Shown: in pieces, positions 18,786-28,622 of the stretch | How positions within the stretch are numbered: position 1 is the first letter of the stretch | How the letters are laid out: each line of letters opens with the position of its first letter | Assembly (NCBI GenBank): GCA_963767735.1 | Contig: CAVYES010000007.1 | Span: forward strand, 1-64,000 | Source: Candidatus Bathyarchaeota archaeon | Lineage (GTDB): Archaea; Thermoproteota; Bathyarchaeia; Bathyarchaeales; Bathycorpusculaceae | Length of the DNA stretch: 64,000 nt | Reading direction: 5' to 3' | Notes under the pieces: model-generated | Seen by the model: the letters and a program-made list of their open reading frames with translations, nothing else | Databases searched by the model: none | What the model was told of the DNA's origin: nothing | Made by a program: the position numbers and the translations under genes

Positions 18786-19811
18786 ATGAGTTATGGACAT
18801 CAAGGTATAAAAGAAAAAGTTGACCCAAGCAGAGTTCATGAGGTTTCATCACTTAAAGAAGACAAATTCAAGGTAACAGTGTCACTTGACAAAGAGCGCC
18901 CTATGTCCAAATCACCATTATACGAAAAATACAATATACAAAGATATGACCTGCATCCAAACTTTAGCTTCGCTCACTTAGATGAGATGATACCGAAGGG
19001 TACGCCAGAGTATTTAGACCATGGATTTAACTACGTTGAACGCATCGTTCGCGCACTTTATTATTTCAAGCAATGCAGCCTTATTGGACCGTCAGGAACA
19101 GGCAAAACTCATATTGTTTACCTGGTAGCGGAACTCACAGGTTTACCAATCTGGGAAGTCAACTGCGGTTTATCAACATCGTCATTTGACCTCATCGGGC
19201 GATTTATCGGATTGGGCAAGGAAAACTGGGTGGATGGACTATTAACGCAGTGGCTAAGAAAAGGCGGCATAATGTACCTCGACGAAGCCAACATGATGAA
19301 GCAGGATGTTGCCACAAGATTAAACCCGGTTTTAGACACAAGAGGACATCTGGTGTTAAACGAAAAAGACAGCGAGGTAATTGAACGCCACAAATATGGG
19401 TACATGATTATCAGCATGAACCCTGCGACAGCTGAGTTCTCAGGAACAAAACCGTTAAATGCTGCCATGAGACGACGCATGGCTGTTTGGATAAACTTTG
19501 ATTTCTTAAGCGTCGGAGAAACCATCTCTCCGGATGAGGTAGATATGCTGCGAAAAAGAACAAAAGTTGATCAGGATACTGCTTATAAAATCATTCAAGC
19601 TGGCGCTGAGTTAAGAAGACAATACAAAGTGGGCGACTTGCCTTATGGACCCTCCTTAGGCGACTTAATCAACTGGGCTACTTTAGTTAAAGATGGAAAT
19701 ACTCCTATGGGAGCAGCGGAAGAAACCATAATCGGGTTAACCAGCGACAACGTTGAAGTCCAATCAGATGTGAGGAGAATTCTAGAGGCAGTTTTTAATA
19801 AATCGCAATAA
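18786..19811 (+). CDS. MoxR-class AAA+ ATPase, CbbQ/NirQ/NorQ-like
   Basis: Walker A GPSGTGKT, Walker B MYLDEAN, SMNP...LNAAMRRR; followed by a VWA gene. Confidence 0.9.
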   Translation: MSYGHQGIKEKVDPSRVHEVSSLKEDKFKVTVSLDKERPMSKSPLYEKYNIQRYDLHPNFSFAHLDEMIPKGTPEYLDHGFNYVERIVRALYYFKQCSLIGPSGTGKTHIVYLVAELTGLPIWEVNCGLSTSSFDLIGRFIGLGKENWVDGLLTQWLRKGGIMYLDEANMMKQDVATRLNPVLDTRGHLVLNEKDSEVIERHKYGYMIISMNPATAEFSGTKPLNAAMRRRMAVWINFDFLSVGETISPDEVDMLRKRTKVDQDTAYKIIQAGAELRRQYKVGDLPYGPSLGDLINWATLVKDGNTPMGAAEETIIGLTSDNVEVQSDVRRILEAVFNKSQ

Positions 19812-19822
19812 TTTGGGAGTTA

Positions 19823-21544
19823 TTGCATTTGGGATTTATTGATTACGCTTGGGCGGTTTCTTTACAAAAAGATAACACAAAAGTAAAGATACTTCAGGAT
19901 CCAACCTTGATTCAGCCTACGCTGCAAAGTGACAATTTTGGTTTCACCGTTAAGTTCCCAACGGTTCGCATATTGGAAAACGGAGATTTTTCTTTCCTTG
20001 GACACAAATTTTCCGGTAATAATGAAGGCAAGTCCAAAATTGGACGATTATTTAGGGCTTCCGTTCTACACTTGACAACTCACACTTTAGCGCCGTTTCA
20101 AAAAGAAAAAATTGTTCCCAAAGAGTCGGACGCAATAGTTGAAGCTTTCGCAAAGTCATTAATTAATGACACATACGTCAACGCTTACATTCAAGCGTGG
20201 TATCCCGACAGATTTTTTGATCTTGCTTACGCTAACGCGTTTGCTTACCAGAAAATAAAATCTTCTGAGAGAATCTTCACCGATTCAACAAAGCTTATGG
20301 CGGCTTTACTGACAAAACTTAACACGGGGTTAATCAAAAATTCTCCAGGCGCAGAAGAAGAGCAAATAGTAAATCAATTATTCAACGACTTAACGACTTT
20401 AAAAAAAACTTTCTTAACTTCAATGAATGATGAACACGTTAAACTGGCAGAGTTATTTGACGAAAAAGTTAAACTTATCAAGAGTCTACTTGAGCCATTT
20501 GGCCCATTTTTGGAGGCGCCCTCACTTAGACATACTGAAAGCATCGGGCGCTGCAGCATTTACAGCGAAGCAGAAACATCGGATAATGATTTCGAAAACC
20601 TGTTCGTGCACTCCCTTATGAGCTTAGGAGGCGAGATGTTCGCAGAGGGCAATATGGATCAATGTTGGAGACCGGAACAGGAAGCAGAAGCATTACAAGC
20701 ATTTAATTCTGACAATTACCAAAAGCAGCGGGATGAAAAGATTCTTGCAAAAATCAACCCCTATGTGGCTTTGACCCGATTTAAATCGGTTTCTATTCCA
20801 GAAGAAGATTATACCCAGTATCTAAGAGCCAGAAACCTGGTGCAGGGAGCAAGCCGGCGTCTTCTTGACATTCTCAGATCAGCATTTAATTATCTCGATG
20901 AGGACCCACGACAAGAAATGGGTCAACTGGATTTGCCCTCTGTAATTCAATCCTTGGCAAGTAACAAGCCAGCGACGGACGTATTTGTCTTGGATGAGTA
21001 TCTGAAGCCTAATTTTGCTTGGTCACTAATTTTTGACGTAAGCAACAGTATGCAGGTGAAAGGCGAGTATGGTCGCGCGTTAGCTATAGCTGTGGCGGAG
21101 GCAGCGAGAGAGTTGATGACTGACCCAACGTCTTGGACATTCTTCGCGTTCAGCGACAGACTCTACATAGTTAAGGACAGCTCGGAATCTTATTCAAAGA
21201 AAGTTAGGGCTAGAATTGGCGGTTTAAAATTTGAAGGACTCACATACATTCCTGATGCAATTCAGATTGCTGGAAAGATGCTTGCTAAAAGGTTTGAGGA
21301 ACAGCGCTGCTTAATTGTTGTCTCTGACGGGTGGCCCTATGGATATCCCGACATGCCAGAAGCTCTAAAGAAATGTGTTGACGATTTATTACGGAAAGGA
21401 GTCATCGTTATCGGAGTTGGCGTGGACACAAAAAGAATGGACGATTACTTTCACTTACATGCATCAGTTTATACTCAGAAAGACCTCATAAACAAATTCG
21501 GGTCAATTTACGCTAATGCTTCAGCAAAAGCACTTGAAACATAA
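19823..21544 (+). CDS. VWA-domain partner protein (CbbO/NorD-like)
   Basis: C-terminal MIDAS: IFDVSNSM ... EGLT ... VVSDG. Confidence 0.85.
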   Translation: MHLGFIDYAWAVSLQKDNTKVKILQDPTLIQPTLQSDNFGFTVKFPTVRILENGDFSFLGHKFSGNNEGKSKIGRLFRASVLHLTTHTLAPFQKEKIVPKESDAIVEAFAKSLINDTYVNAYIQAWYPDRFFDLAYANAFAYQKIKSSERIFTDSTKLMAALLTKLNTGLIKNSPGAEEEQIVNQLFNDLTTLKKTFLTSMNDEHVKLAELFDEKVKLIKSLLEPFGPFLEAPSLRHTESIGRCSIYSEAETSDNDFENLFVHSLMSLGGEMFAEGNMDQCWRPEQEAEALQAFNSDNYQKQRDEKILAKINPYVALTRFKSVSIPEEDYTQYLRARNLVQGASRRLLDILRSAFNYLDEDPRQEMGQLDLPSVIQSLASNKPATDVFVLDEYLKPNFAWSLIFDVSNSMQVKGEYGRALAIAVAEAARELMTDPTSWTFFAFSDRLYIVKDSSESYSKKVRARIGGLKFEGLTYIPDAIQIAGKMLAKRFEEQRCLIVVSDGWPYGYPDMPEALKKCVDDLLRKGVIVIGVGVDTKRMDDYFHLHASVYTQKDLINKFGSIYANASAKALET

Positions 21545-21733
21545 CCAAAAACGCTTTTTATGGTGGCACCAATGGTTTAGTTAGGCATCTAATCAAAGAA
21601 GCGTCGTAATTTATCCGTTTAGGGAGGACATGAATTCTGAATTCAGATTTTGAAGTCGTAATTATATTATATATAAAGGCTCAGAATTGGGTAGCAGTAC
21701 CCCAAATATTAAGGAACAAGGAGAAACCCCCCA

Positions 21734-22612
21734 ATGGCTTTGACAATGGAAAAACAAGAATTAACAAAAGTGTATAACAAACAAAATGAATCTTGGAAAC
21801 TGGTAAAGAAAGATCAATCGTACAATGAGCAGTTATCAACCATTGAAGAAACACTGTCAAGGTTTGGACTGCTTAAAAACGAAATTAAAGTTTACCTGCA
21901 CCTCGCAAGAACCGGCGAAATGAAAGCTGGAGAAATAGCGGAAGCAATTTCGCTCCATCGAACCGAAACTTACCGGATCTTGCGGGATCTAGAAAAGAGG
22001 GGCGTAGTTTTTTCTGTCTTCGAGAAACCGCTAAAATTCACGGCTGTCCCCTTGGATAAAGCTATCGATTTGCTCGTAGATGCACAAAAAATAAAAATCA
22101 AGCTCTTAGAACAAGAAAAAACAAACCTTGTAGAACTTTGGCAATCGATGCCTCAGCCCAAAGTTACAGCTGCGAAAAAAGAGCTTTTCCAAATGCTTGA
22201 AGGCGAACAGCAAGTACTTATGAAAGCTAATGAATTACTTGAAAAAACCGAAAAAACGTTTCAAGTCTTCGCTTCAGCCGACTACCTCGGCCAATTGTAT
22301 TATAGCGATTTTTCTGACAAGCTAAAAAAGCAAGCTGACAAAGTAAATGTTACCTTGGTCACTGATAACTCGTTAAAAAGCTCGTATTTCATCGGGCAAC
22401 TGCAATGGCTAAGCGAATCCCACCGAATCGCTGATGAACAAAACTTGCCATGCTTCATGATTTCCGACAACAAAGAAGTACTGATCGCATTCCACGAAGG
22501 AGATGTAGCAAACGACGGGGACGCAAAAAAGAAAGATAAAACAGCAGCCATATGGACAAACTACAGCGCCTTCATCAAGATTCTGCAAATGCTATTCTCC
22601 AAACTTACCTAA
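21734..22612 (+). CDS. TrmB-family transcriptional regulator
   Basis: LSRFGLLKNEIKVYLHL...HRTETYRILRDLEKRG...EKPLKFTAVP, then a coiled coil and a C-terminal effector domain. Confidence 0.9.
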   Translation: MALTMEKQELTKVYNKQNESWKLVKKDQSYNEQLSTIEETLSRFGLLKNEIKVYLHLARTGEMKAGEIAEAISLHRTETYRILRDLEKRGVVFSVFEKPLKFTAVPLDKAIDLLVDAQKIKIKLLEQEKTNLVELWQSMPQPKVTAAKKELFQMLEGEQQVLMKANELLEKTEKTFQVFASADYLGQLYYSDFSDKLKKQADKVNVTLVTDNSLKSSYFIGQLQWLSESHRIADEQNLPCFMISDNKEVLIAFHEGDVANDGDAKKKDKTAAIWTNYSAFIKILQMLFSKLT

Positions 22613-23045
22613 ACAAAAAATCCTAATGAGTAAATCAGCGATTTTTTCGTTTTTTCAATCTTTATTTTCCATTCGGAACAGGTCGTTTTTGGTTGTTATT
22701 TTAAGCGTCACCAAGAAAATTTCCCCACTTTTGGGTGTGCATAAGGTTGTCATTGTCAGTAGTAGTGCAGAGACTGATTTTTGGCTAATGAAGCAACATC
22801 TAAAAAGGCTAACCAGCCACAAGAGCGGATAAGATAAACTGCAAAGTTGAAAGCACATTGCTATCTAAAGGATGGCTGAAGTTTACAATATAAAACAGAC
22901 TTCGGACCTGCCGATTAAGCCTGTTGCCTAGACGGGTCTATCTACCCCACCATAACGTAGTGTTTTTACCAGTGGCCCACATAGTTTAACACTCCCACAC
23001 CACCAATCACAATGCAACAAGGTCAGCAAAGAAAAGAATATATCA

Positions 23046-24539
23046 TTACTGGCGCAGTCTAAATATTTTGATTGCGAGCTTGTTCTTTAATGCCAGGCGC
23101 GACCCAAGCCAATAAGCTGCAAAAATACCGAAGAACCCAAAGAACCAGACATTTAAGCTTAACAGCTGTGTTCCCAGAAACTGGAAACATGAAATTGCAC
23201 GCCACTCATAGATGGGTGCCGGCAAATTAGAACTATAGTTTTGCACAAAGCCGACCACTACTGGAGTAGCGTAAGTCATGATGAAACCAAACAAAATGGC
23301 AGTAACTCCAAAAGCGGAACCGATTATACCGCGCATTTTCCGGTCACCTGTGGTTAAAGCACCGAAGCCTAATCCACCAAGTGCTCCGCAAAAGATAAGG
23401 CCTGGAAACCAGACGCCTACCAAAAAAGAAGTAATTGTTCTCATCACCAAGCCAGCCACAACAACCCCAACAAAACCGCCGAAAAGGCCAAAATACAAAT
23501 GCGTTATGCTTTTCCCTTGGAATATTCCCTTTTTACTGAAAGGCTCTTTTCTATCTTTTATTCCCTTCACAACTCTGCCGAATACTTGAGCCATTCCTTT
23601 CTTTAATACGTTATCGAATGCCATAAACGTAGTACTAACTACAATTAATGAAGCGAGGAATATCAGTTGTTGGCTGTCCAATATATTTAACAAAGGAATA
23701 TGGACCAGATAAATGAAGAACGTTAAGCTGCCCAAATAGGCAGCTATTCGATTACTGGCTATTTTTGGAAACCAACCGACTTTGGCCAAATAAATGCCTA
23801 ATCCGAATTCAAAAGTCCAAAATGGGAGGAACCAAAGTGTGGACAAAAAAGGAACTGAGTACGCATTCCAAATCCAGCGACTAAGTAGCGAGATCGACAA
23901 AAGCGCTATGATGGAAATGTGCGGGTGCTTTCCTACTACGTAAAGCAAAATTGGAAACACTAAGTACAATTGTAGAATTACCGTCATAAACCATAGTGGG
24001 GAATTTAGATTTTGGATAAGATTAGGCATAGCGACATTTCCGAAACTTGGAAATCCCGAAATAAGTTTCACTAAATCAATAGTGTTATGCGGCTGGCTTA
24101 GCCAACTAGGGGTTAACAGCAAAGCAAAAAAGATTCCACATATCCAATATGCGGGATAAATTCGGAGTAGCCTTTTACTATAGAAATTCTTGATGTCAGA
24201 CCATGAAGTGAGCCGTGGGTGACTGTAAGCTAAACTAAGACCGCTGGCAACGATAAATATTTCTACGCCTATACTTCCAGTTGAAAAATACCAAATTTTA
24301 ATGGGATTGACTTGGATGTACAACTGACGAAACAAGTAAAGAGGAGGTCCAGTTGCTTCATGTTGCAAAAGAACCAGTGTAATACCTATTATTTTGAGAA
24401 CATCGACGAACAGTAGTCTACGTGAGCGCGGTTTGAATTTTGAGGCAGAAGCGTTGACTGGCAAGTCGTTCTCTCTATTCGCTAAAAGACAACATTTTTC
24501 AACTCTTGGACTACTACTGGTGAGATTTGATTTTTCCAT
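23046..24539 (-). CDS. Acyltransferase family 3 (OafA-like) fused to an extra Gly-rich TM domain
   Basis: FVDVLK..LVLLQH, GVEIFIVASG, FYSKRLLRIYPAY and LWFMTVILQLYLVFP motifs. Confidence 0.9.
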   Translation of the reverse strand: MEKSNLTSSSPRVEKCCLLANRENDLPVNASASKFKPRSRRLLFVDVLKIIGITLVLLQHEATGPPLYLFRQLYIQVNPIKIWYFSTGSIGVEIFIVASGLSLAYSHPRLTSWSDIKNFYSKRLLRIYPAYWICGIFFALLLTPSWLSQPHNTIDLVKLISGFPSFGNVAMPNLIQNLNSPLWFMTVILQLYLVFPILLYVVGKHPHISIIALLSISLLSRWIWNAYSVPFLSTLWFLPFWTFEFGLGIYLAKVGWFPKIASNRIAAYLGSLTFFIYLVHIPLLNILDSQQLIFLASLIVVSTTFMAFDNVLKKGMAQVFGRVVKGIKDRKEPFSKKGIFQGKSITHLYFGLFGGFVGVVVAGLVMRTITSFLVGVWFPGLIFCGALGGLGFGALTTGDRKMRGIIGSAFGVTAILFGFIMTYATPVVVGFVQNYSSNLPAPIYEWRAISCFQFLGTQLLSLNVWFFGFFGIFAAYWLGSRLALKNKLAIKIFRLRQ

Positions 24540-24544
24540 TTTTA

Positions 24545-24826
24545 TTATCTCACACTAATTTCATTTGTGGTGTTTGATGTTTCAGGAACCGCTGTTGCTC
24601 TATGATCTTTATGCAAGAACCGAAACGTATCTCTGATTGCTCTTCCCAACTCCAGTTTTCCCGCTCTGCAAATTAATAGGCTGCCTTCATGCTTTTGCGC
24701 AAGTTCGCTGGCGAGCTCAATAGTTCCGTCAGTGCTGTCATTAGCAATCACTATGCGATCGCAAACCCCACTGTTCCGAAAGACGGCAAGTGTACGTTCG
24801 ATAAGAACTTGAAGATTTACCTTCAC
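24545..24826 (-). pseudogene. Truncated GT2 (Dol-P-Man synthase-like) remnant
   Basis: NLQVLIER...IVIANDSTDGT..LA..LAQ...RAGKLELGRA aligns to the N-terminus of the GT2 at 30613 but lacks the rest; the DD motif is degraded. Confidence 0.7.
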
Positions 24827-25015
24827 ATTGCACGGTTGAATAACTATTCCAACCTCATCGAAGATGAATCAAAATTATTTTTGGTCCGTTCATAAGACTT
24901 TTTTTCGGAAACTGTTTTCATCAATAGCCCTTTAGGCTTAATTTCTGGTCTTAAAAAAATATTATAAGCTTGTGTGTTAATGCGCTGACATACAAAAAAA
25001 TAGGCTTTTAACTTT

Positions 25016-28000
25016 TTAAAGGTATGAGCTGGATTTCTTGTTGGATTTGACTTTTAATGTCAATCGCGAAGCAACCACGTACGCTGCTAAAAGCCCAAAG
25101 AAAGTATAAAATAAGCCGTTCAAGCTCAGCAACTGCATAACAACAAATTGGGCGACAGTATATTCGTGCCATAAGTAAATCGGCGTTAACACGCTGGACG
25201 AAAGTGAACTCATGTAGCCCACAATAATTAGAGTAGCATACGTCATAATAAGTCCAAAAAAGATGCCAATGAACCCAAAAACGCAGCCAAATGCACCTCG
25301 TAACCTTGTATTACCAGTAGTCAGGGCTCCAAACCCTAATCCACACAGGACCCCACACAACACAAACCCTGAAAAACAAACCCCTTGAGAATATGATGAG
25401 AGTACATGCATCAGCAAACCGGAAACAAAAACTCCGACGAGACCGCCACACACACCTAAATGCAAATGTCCTATATGGCTATCCTGCTTTGCAGTAACAC
25501 TTTTTGAGCATTCACTTTCTTGCGCTGTCATTGGCAAAGGACCGCCTCCATTTTCCAGAAAGAAAACTTTTGTGACATACAATATCGATGCACAAATAAT
25601 CACGCCCAATACGCTATAGTTTAGAAAACTGGTTGCGTCAGAAAACAGTCCAGGTATGTTGGCCAAGAAAATGAATAGCAAAAACGTAACCACCAATGTC
25701 CAAAGTAAATTCTGAATGAGCCCTTCCAGAGGCATCAACTTCCGCTTTAACTTTATACTGACCTGGTTACCAAGTTGTGAAATCCTTTTGAACACCCGAT
25801 TTGGATGTTTGTCCGTGCTTGACAAAGTTTTTGGCGATTTTTGATTGTCAAGCCAAGAAAGCCCAGGAAGAGCAAAAAGTGTGTCTTTGAAGAAAATCAG
25901 AAGAGAGCCAAAAGCAATCACGCTGCCTAACTCAAGAAGCAGCTTGTTGAAAACTCCAAACCCAAGCCACTTCGGCAAAAACGACGGCGCCATAGTGGTT
26001 CCTAGAAAACTCAAAGATGCAAGAAAAACTCCAAAAACAAGCAATGACGCCAAACCCAGTTTGAACAATTCTTTTTTAGTTTTGGAATCCGCGTAAATGA
26101 CGAGACCAAGTAAAGCAAGTGGAATAAAGCAGCAGGCGTACAGATACCAAGTTTGGTCAGTCGCTGAGAATACTGCGTTTACTGTAGTTACCCCGGCCTC
26201 AACGTGGACTACTGAAACATTTAGGAATTGCATGAAGGCTGGCGAATTTCCTGTGTTGGTTAAAACCCAATTTGGATAATAAGACTGGCTCAGTATTACA
26301 TATGCAGGTTCAGAAACATTCGCTGATATTTCAATTCTGTTAAAGCTTTCGGTGCAGTTAATTTCGGCGTTGGGAAGAGAAATATTTGAAAATTCATCTA
26401 TCGTCAGGTTTGTTAAATTAGGAATGCTACCAGTGTCTTTGACCGCAAAGGCGATGCCCTTGAAATAGAGATTCTCGTAGACTACTGAATCATTGTCCTT
26501 GTATACCAAAGTGAAATATTGCGTTGCATTATTGAAGTAATTGACATAAGATATCGAACCACAAACATTTGTCTGAATTAAGACATATTTTGCACCGCAT
26601 AATGTTGCAAGCAATGTTAGATTTGCGGCATTAACCGTCAAATTCAGAGATATATTTTGAAAGGTATTTGATAAATTTGAAAAAAGTTGACTATTTGGAG
26701 GATAAGCTCTTAGGGCAATCACACTCATACCGATTATTTCATGATTAAGGAGCACGGACTCATAATCTGAATAACCCCAAATCAAAGGATATTCCAAAAC
26801 TCGGAAGTTGCCATGTTGATTTTTAATGAAATTATCACCGCCCGTAAATTGCGGAACTGCGTTTGTAACTGGAGCAACTCCAGCAGTTAGGTCCATAAGC
26901 ACTATGGCGGCTACAACTACAACTATGAAAGTGTGAAATAGTTTACTTTTATTTATCCAGTGGCCTTTTGGTAGTTTCTGTTTAATTAACTCGCTTAAGA
27001 ATAAAAGTCCATATCCAGCGCACATATAGATAGACAAATCAATTAGGATTGAATCTCTTGCAGGTACTCGAATAAACAATGATGTTGCTAATGTTGATAA
27101 AGGTGTTCCAATTGCTATTAAAATAAAGAAAACAACAATTAATAGGAAAAAAAGAAAGTTTCGATTGTTTACTTTATTCTGTTTTTTATAAACAACCAGT
27201 GGCAAAAATGCAAATACTAACATGAATAAACCAATATAGTACGAACCAGGTTCAGTGTATGTAACATGGACGATTCTCTGGAAGTAATACGAAGGAGCAA
27301 CTAAATAATACCAGGGAATTGCGGGTACAGAAAGTGCAGCGACGTTTTGGAGTTTCGAGAAACTGATTATAAACGGTGCGATGGAAAGTGCGAATAATGT
27401 GACGCCTTCCCCAAGTCTCTTCAAAAGGGTGATTTTCATATCTTTGTTCTGATACGTTGCAACGAAGTAAACTATTCTTAGGGCAAGGTAGAAAATAGAA
27501 AAAATAGTCATTTGTAGATCACAGAAGAATAACATGGTTAATGCAAAGGTTGCGAAAACCATGTTTTTTCTGTTTGGAGAAACAAACATTTTCTCAAACA
27601 AGAGAAGCACACCGGGCAGCAATGCGGCTGCGGCGATGAACTCAATGACACCGTTGTTAATGTGGGAAAAGTAAAAGGTACTGAATGAATATGACAACGA
27701 AAATATCCACGCGATTGAGGTTTTTTGAAAAAAAAACTTTGCAAATTTGTAGGCGCAAAACTGGGAGACAAAGAGAAATGCACACACAAGAATTTTGAAT
27801 GCCAAAATTGGGTCGTTCGTGATGAGGGTTATCCCTAGAAGAGAGGTGTCACCGATGTTAGGCATGAAAGCTACATGGAAGAATGTTGCTATCGAGCCTC
27901 CGTAATAATTGAAAAGCCAAAAAGCTCCAAATGGAACATGTCCCGATTGGATGATTTGCATGTTTGTCACAATTCCTGTAAGAGTTTGATAGTTGTCAGT

Positions 28001-28129
28001 TTTGGCAAAATTGTCTATATAGTACAAGCCGCCCAACATTTCACTACTTGGGGTAAAAACGAATCGACAATACCAAATCGTGAAAGCAATTGAAAAAGCA
28101 GCGTAAATCAAGACTTCTTTGTTTTTCAC
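25016..28129 (-). CDS. Large polytopic membrane protein, GT-C/YfhO-like glycosyltransferase
   Basis: N-terminal multi-TM region (GHVPFGAFWLFNYYGG, RVPAR), extracellular NxT-rich domain (GAKYVL, YVILSQSYYPNW) and a C-terminal Gly-rich TM domain. Confidence 0.7.
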   Translation of the reverse strand: MKNKEVLIYAAFSIAFTIWYCRFVFTPSSEMLGGLYYIDNFAKTDNYQTLTGIVTNMQIIQSGHVPFGAFWLFNYYGGSIATFFHVAFMPNIGDTSLLGITLITNDPILAFKILVCAFLFVSQFCAYKFAKFFFQKTSIAWIFSLSYSFSTFYFSHINNGVIEFIAAAALLPGVLLLFEKMFVSPNRKNMVFATFALTMLFFCDLQMTIFSIFYLALRIVYFVATYQNKDMKITLLKRLGEGVTLFALSIAPFIISFSKLQNVAALSVPAIPWYYLVAPSYYFQRIVHVTYTEPGSYYIGLFMLVFAFLPLVVYKKQNKVNNRNFLFFLLIVVFFILIAIGTPLSTLATSLFIRVPARDSILIDLSIYMCAGYGLLFLSELIKQKLPKGHWINKSKLFHTFIVVVVAAIVLMDLTAGVAPVTNAVPQFTGGDNFIKNQHGNFRVLEYPLIWGYSDYESVLLNHEIIGMSVIALRAYPPNSQLFSNLSNTFQNISLNLTVNAANLTLLATLCGAKYVLIQTNVCGSISYVNYFNNATQYFTLVYKDNDSVVYENLYFKGIAFAVKDTGSIPNLTNLTIDEFSNISLPNAEINCTESFNRIEISANVSEPAYVILSQSYYPNWVLTNTGNSPAFMQFLNVSVVHVEAGVTTVNAVFSATDQTWYLYACCFIPLALLGLVIYADSKTKKELFKLGLASLLVFGVFLASLSFLGTTMAPSFLPKWLGFGVFNKLLLELGSVIAFGSLLIFFKDTLFALPGLSWLDNQKSPKTLSSTDKHPNRVFKRISQLGNQVSIKLKRKLMPLEGLIQNLLWTLVVTFLLFIFLANIPGLFSDATSFLNYSVLGVIICASILYVTKVFFLENGGGPLPMTAQESECSKSVTAKQDSHIGHLHLGVCGGLVGVFVSGLLMHVLSSYSQGVCFSGFVLCGVLCGLGFGALTTGNTRLRGAFGCVFGFIGIFFGLIMTYATLIIVGYMSSLSSSVLTPIYLWHEYTVAQFVVMQLLSLNGLFYTFFGLLAAYVVASRLTLKVKSNKKSSSYL

Positions 28130-28315
28130 CGCTACCCCTCAAAAGACAAATTTTTGGGATGAATTACTTTCGATCGCGGGAGATAGGGAAATTCAAAAGA
28201 AGCAACAACCTGCAGATTCGAGGTACCTTCTAATTTATTCAAATTCAGCCTTCTCATCAAGCGATCAACATTTCAAATAAATATTTCAATTCTTATATAG
28301 TAATTATGAACCTGA

Positions 28316-28339
28316 AATTCATATTTCAAAATCTGAATT
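28316..28339. promoter_or_regulatory. Imperfect palindrome, candidate operator in the divergent promoter of the glycosylation island
   Basis: AATTCATATTT-CA-AAATCTGAATT (arms match 10/11); 28325-28339 is the exact reverse complement of 21640-21654 upstream of the TrmB gene. Confidence 0.45.
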
Positions 28340-28622
28340 AAACCCAGCTCCAAAGTTATACCGCTCATATCCTGTATCGGACATGTATTCTTCTTTAACA
28401 GTACAGGTGATGAATGCAATGCCCGCTCAACTACAGGGAAAAAAATATCAAACTTCAGCTTTGATAAAACTGTCTTGTAGTTGCATGAACAGCTCCCATC
28501 AACGTTTCAACAGCTACTCAATCGGATAAGGAAGCGAAGGCGGGTGTGTGTTGATTGTACTACACACATATTTACAATAAGTATTTGGATTAATTATCTG
28601 CAAGGCTAAATTTGGAGAAAGA

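Noticed and set aside
22626-23040. Short ORFs or a possible ncRNA between TrmB and the acyltransferase
   Set aside because: No recognisable protein motif or RNA family signature; only a weak hairpin.
28206-28214. Fifth core copy (CAACCTGCA)
   Set aside because: Only 9 nt match, with no remainder of the core and no adjacent 10-mer array.
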